IMG/VR virus record: IMGVR_UViG_2811995368_000001
Span: 11,894-75,893 of that record
DNA from: a virus
Lineage: Duplodnaviria; Caudoviricetes
Strand: one strand, 5' to 3'
Length of the DNA stretch: 64,000 nucleotides
A model generated the notes under the pieces. It ran no database searches. It saw only the letters and a list, made by a program, of their open reading frames with translations, and was not told the DNA's origin. Within the stretch, counting starts at the first letter, position 1. Each line of letters starts with the position of its first letter. The translations under genes and the position numbers were made by a program. Positions 63,263-64,000 of this stretch are shown here, piece after piece.

Positions 63263-64000
63263 TCAGGCTTTGGAAGGCGATTTGTCGTCTGCATTGCCCG
63301 AGGGCAGTTGCGGCACGCTGACGAAGTCGTCGAGCGAAAGGCCTTTTTCCTTGAGCAGGGCTTCGAGCACCGGTTGGAGACGGCCAAGACTTTCCTGGAC
63401 CGCTTCGCGCACCGTGTCGACAACCACTTGCGTACTGCGTTCGATTTCGATATTCACGCGCGTGCCGGCGACTTTGTCTTCGAAGGTCGTCATCCGACGC
63501 GTCTCAGGAATCAGCCATACTTCGAACCAGCCTTCCTGTCGATTGACTTCCGAGACCGTCAGACTCGCGCCATTGATCGCGATATAGCCCTTAGCAAAGA
63601 CATACTTGCGGAACGCTTCGGGAATGGCGATGCGCAACACGCGATTGGTGTCCGACGTGCGCACGCTGAGAATTTCCGTCGAGAAGTCGATGTGTCCCGA
63701 CAGCGGATGACCGCCGATTTCGGCGCCGTCCTTCGCGGCGCGCTCGACATTGACCTGCGCGCCGGTGCCGAAGCTACCGAGCGTGGTGACGTTCAGACTT
63801 TGGAGGATGACGTCGAACGACGCCGCCGTGGGCGAGAGCAGTTGCGTGACCGTCAGGCAAACGCCATCGACCGAGACGCTGGCGCCGAGAGTGAGGTCTT
63901 CGCAGAAGCCTTCGGGAAACGCCAGCTCGAGGGTGCGCATGCCGTCGCGATCTTCGATGGACGACAGCGTGGCCGTGCCTTGAACAATTCCGGTGAACAT
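63263..64000 (-). CDS. ribE: Riboflavin synthase (alpha chain), host gene
   Basis: MFTGIV start, SVSVDGVCLTV, VNVERA, GGH..SGHID, KGYIAINGASLTV, LIPET. Confidence 0.95.
   Translation of the reverse strand: MFTGIVQGTATLSSIEDRDGMRTLELAFPEGFCEDLTLGASVSVDGVCLTVTQLLSPTAASFDVILQSLNVTTLGSFGTGAQVNVERAAKDGAEIGGHPLSGHIDFSTEILSVRTSDTNRVLRIAIPEAFRKYVFAKGYIAINGASLTVSEVNRQEGWFEVWLIPETRRMTTFEDKVAGTRVNIEIERSTQVVVDTVREAVQESLGRLQPVLEALLKEKGLSLDDFVSVPQLPSGNADDKSPSKA

Noticed and set aside
1-64000. CRISPR array or cas genes
   Set aside because: No regularly spaced repeat-spacer series seen

Overview
Positions 1 to about 63,200 are most of an integrated temperate phage (about 65% GC by eye, probably a betaproteobacterial host). 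Its left end lies outside the window. The right end is a tyrosine integrase with arm-type repeats, followed by a host riboflavin synthase gene. The phage is a mosaic: a lambdoid early region (YqaJ recombinase, cI/cro switch with six 15-bp operators, CII-like gene, O-like initiator and DnaC-like loader, two orphan DNA methyltransferases) joined to a P1-like myovirus morphogenesis module (PacB-like terminase, Pro protease, capsid, sheath, Hdf/DarA/DarB-like antirestriction proteins, portal, tape measure, baseplate). The main signal is a complete diversity-generating retroelement (avd-TR-RT, 60030-61749) with two targets. VR1 ends the tail-fibre gene (12 differences from TR, all at TR adenines). 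VR2 lies about 57 kb away on the opposite strand, in a stand-alone, anchor-less paralogue of the fibre tip domain in the early leftward operon (5 differences, all at TR adenines). Both VRs are followed by the same bulged hairpin with compensatory changes. Other signals: six copies of a candidate late promoter (GGAAAA, N28-29, -10 box), three of them apparently leaderless; a phage-encoded initiator tRNA; poly-G tracts in both methyltransferases; a hexamer cluster in terS (candidate pac site); and long structured non-coding leaders. Family assignments come from motif recognition and memory; no database searches were run.
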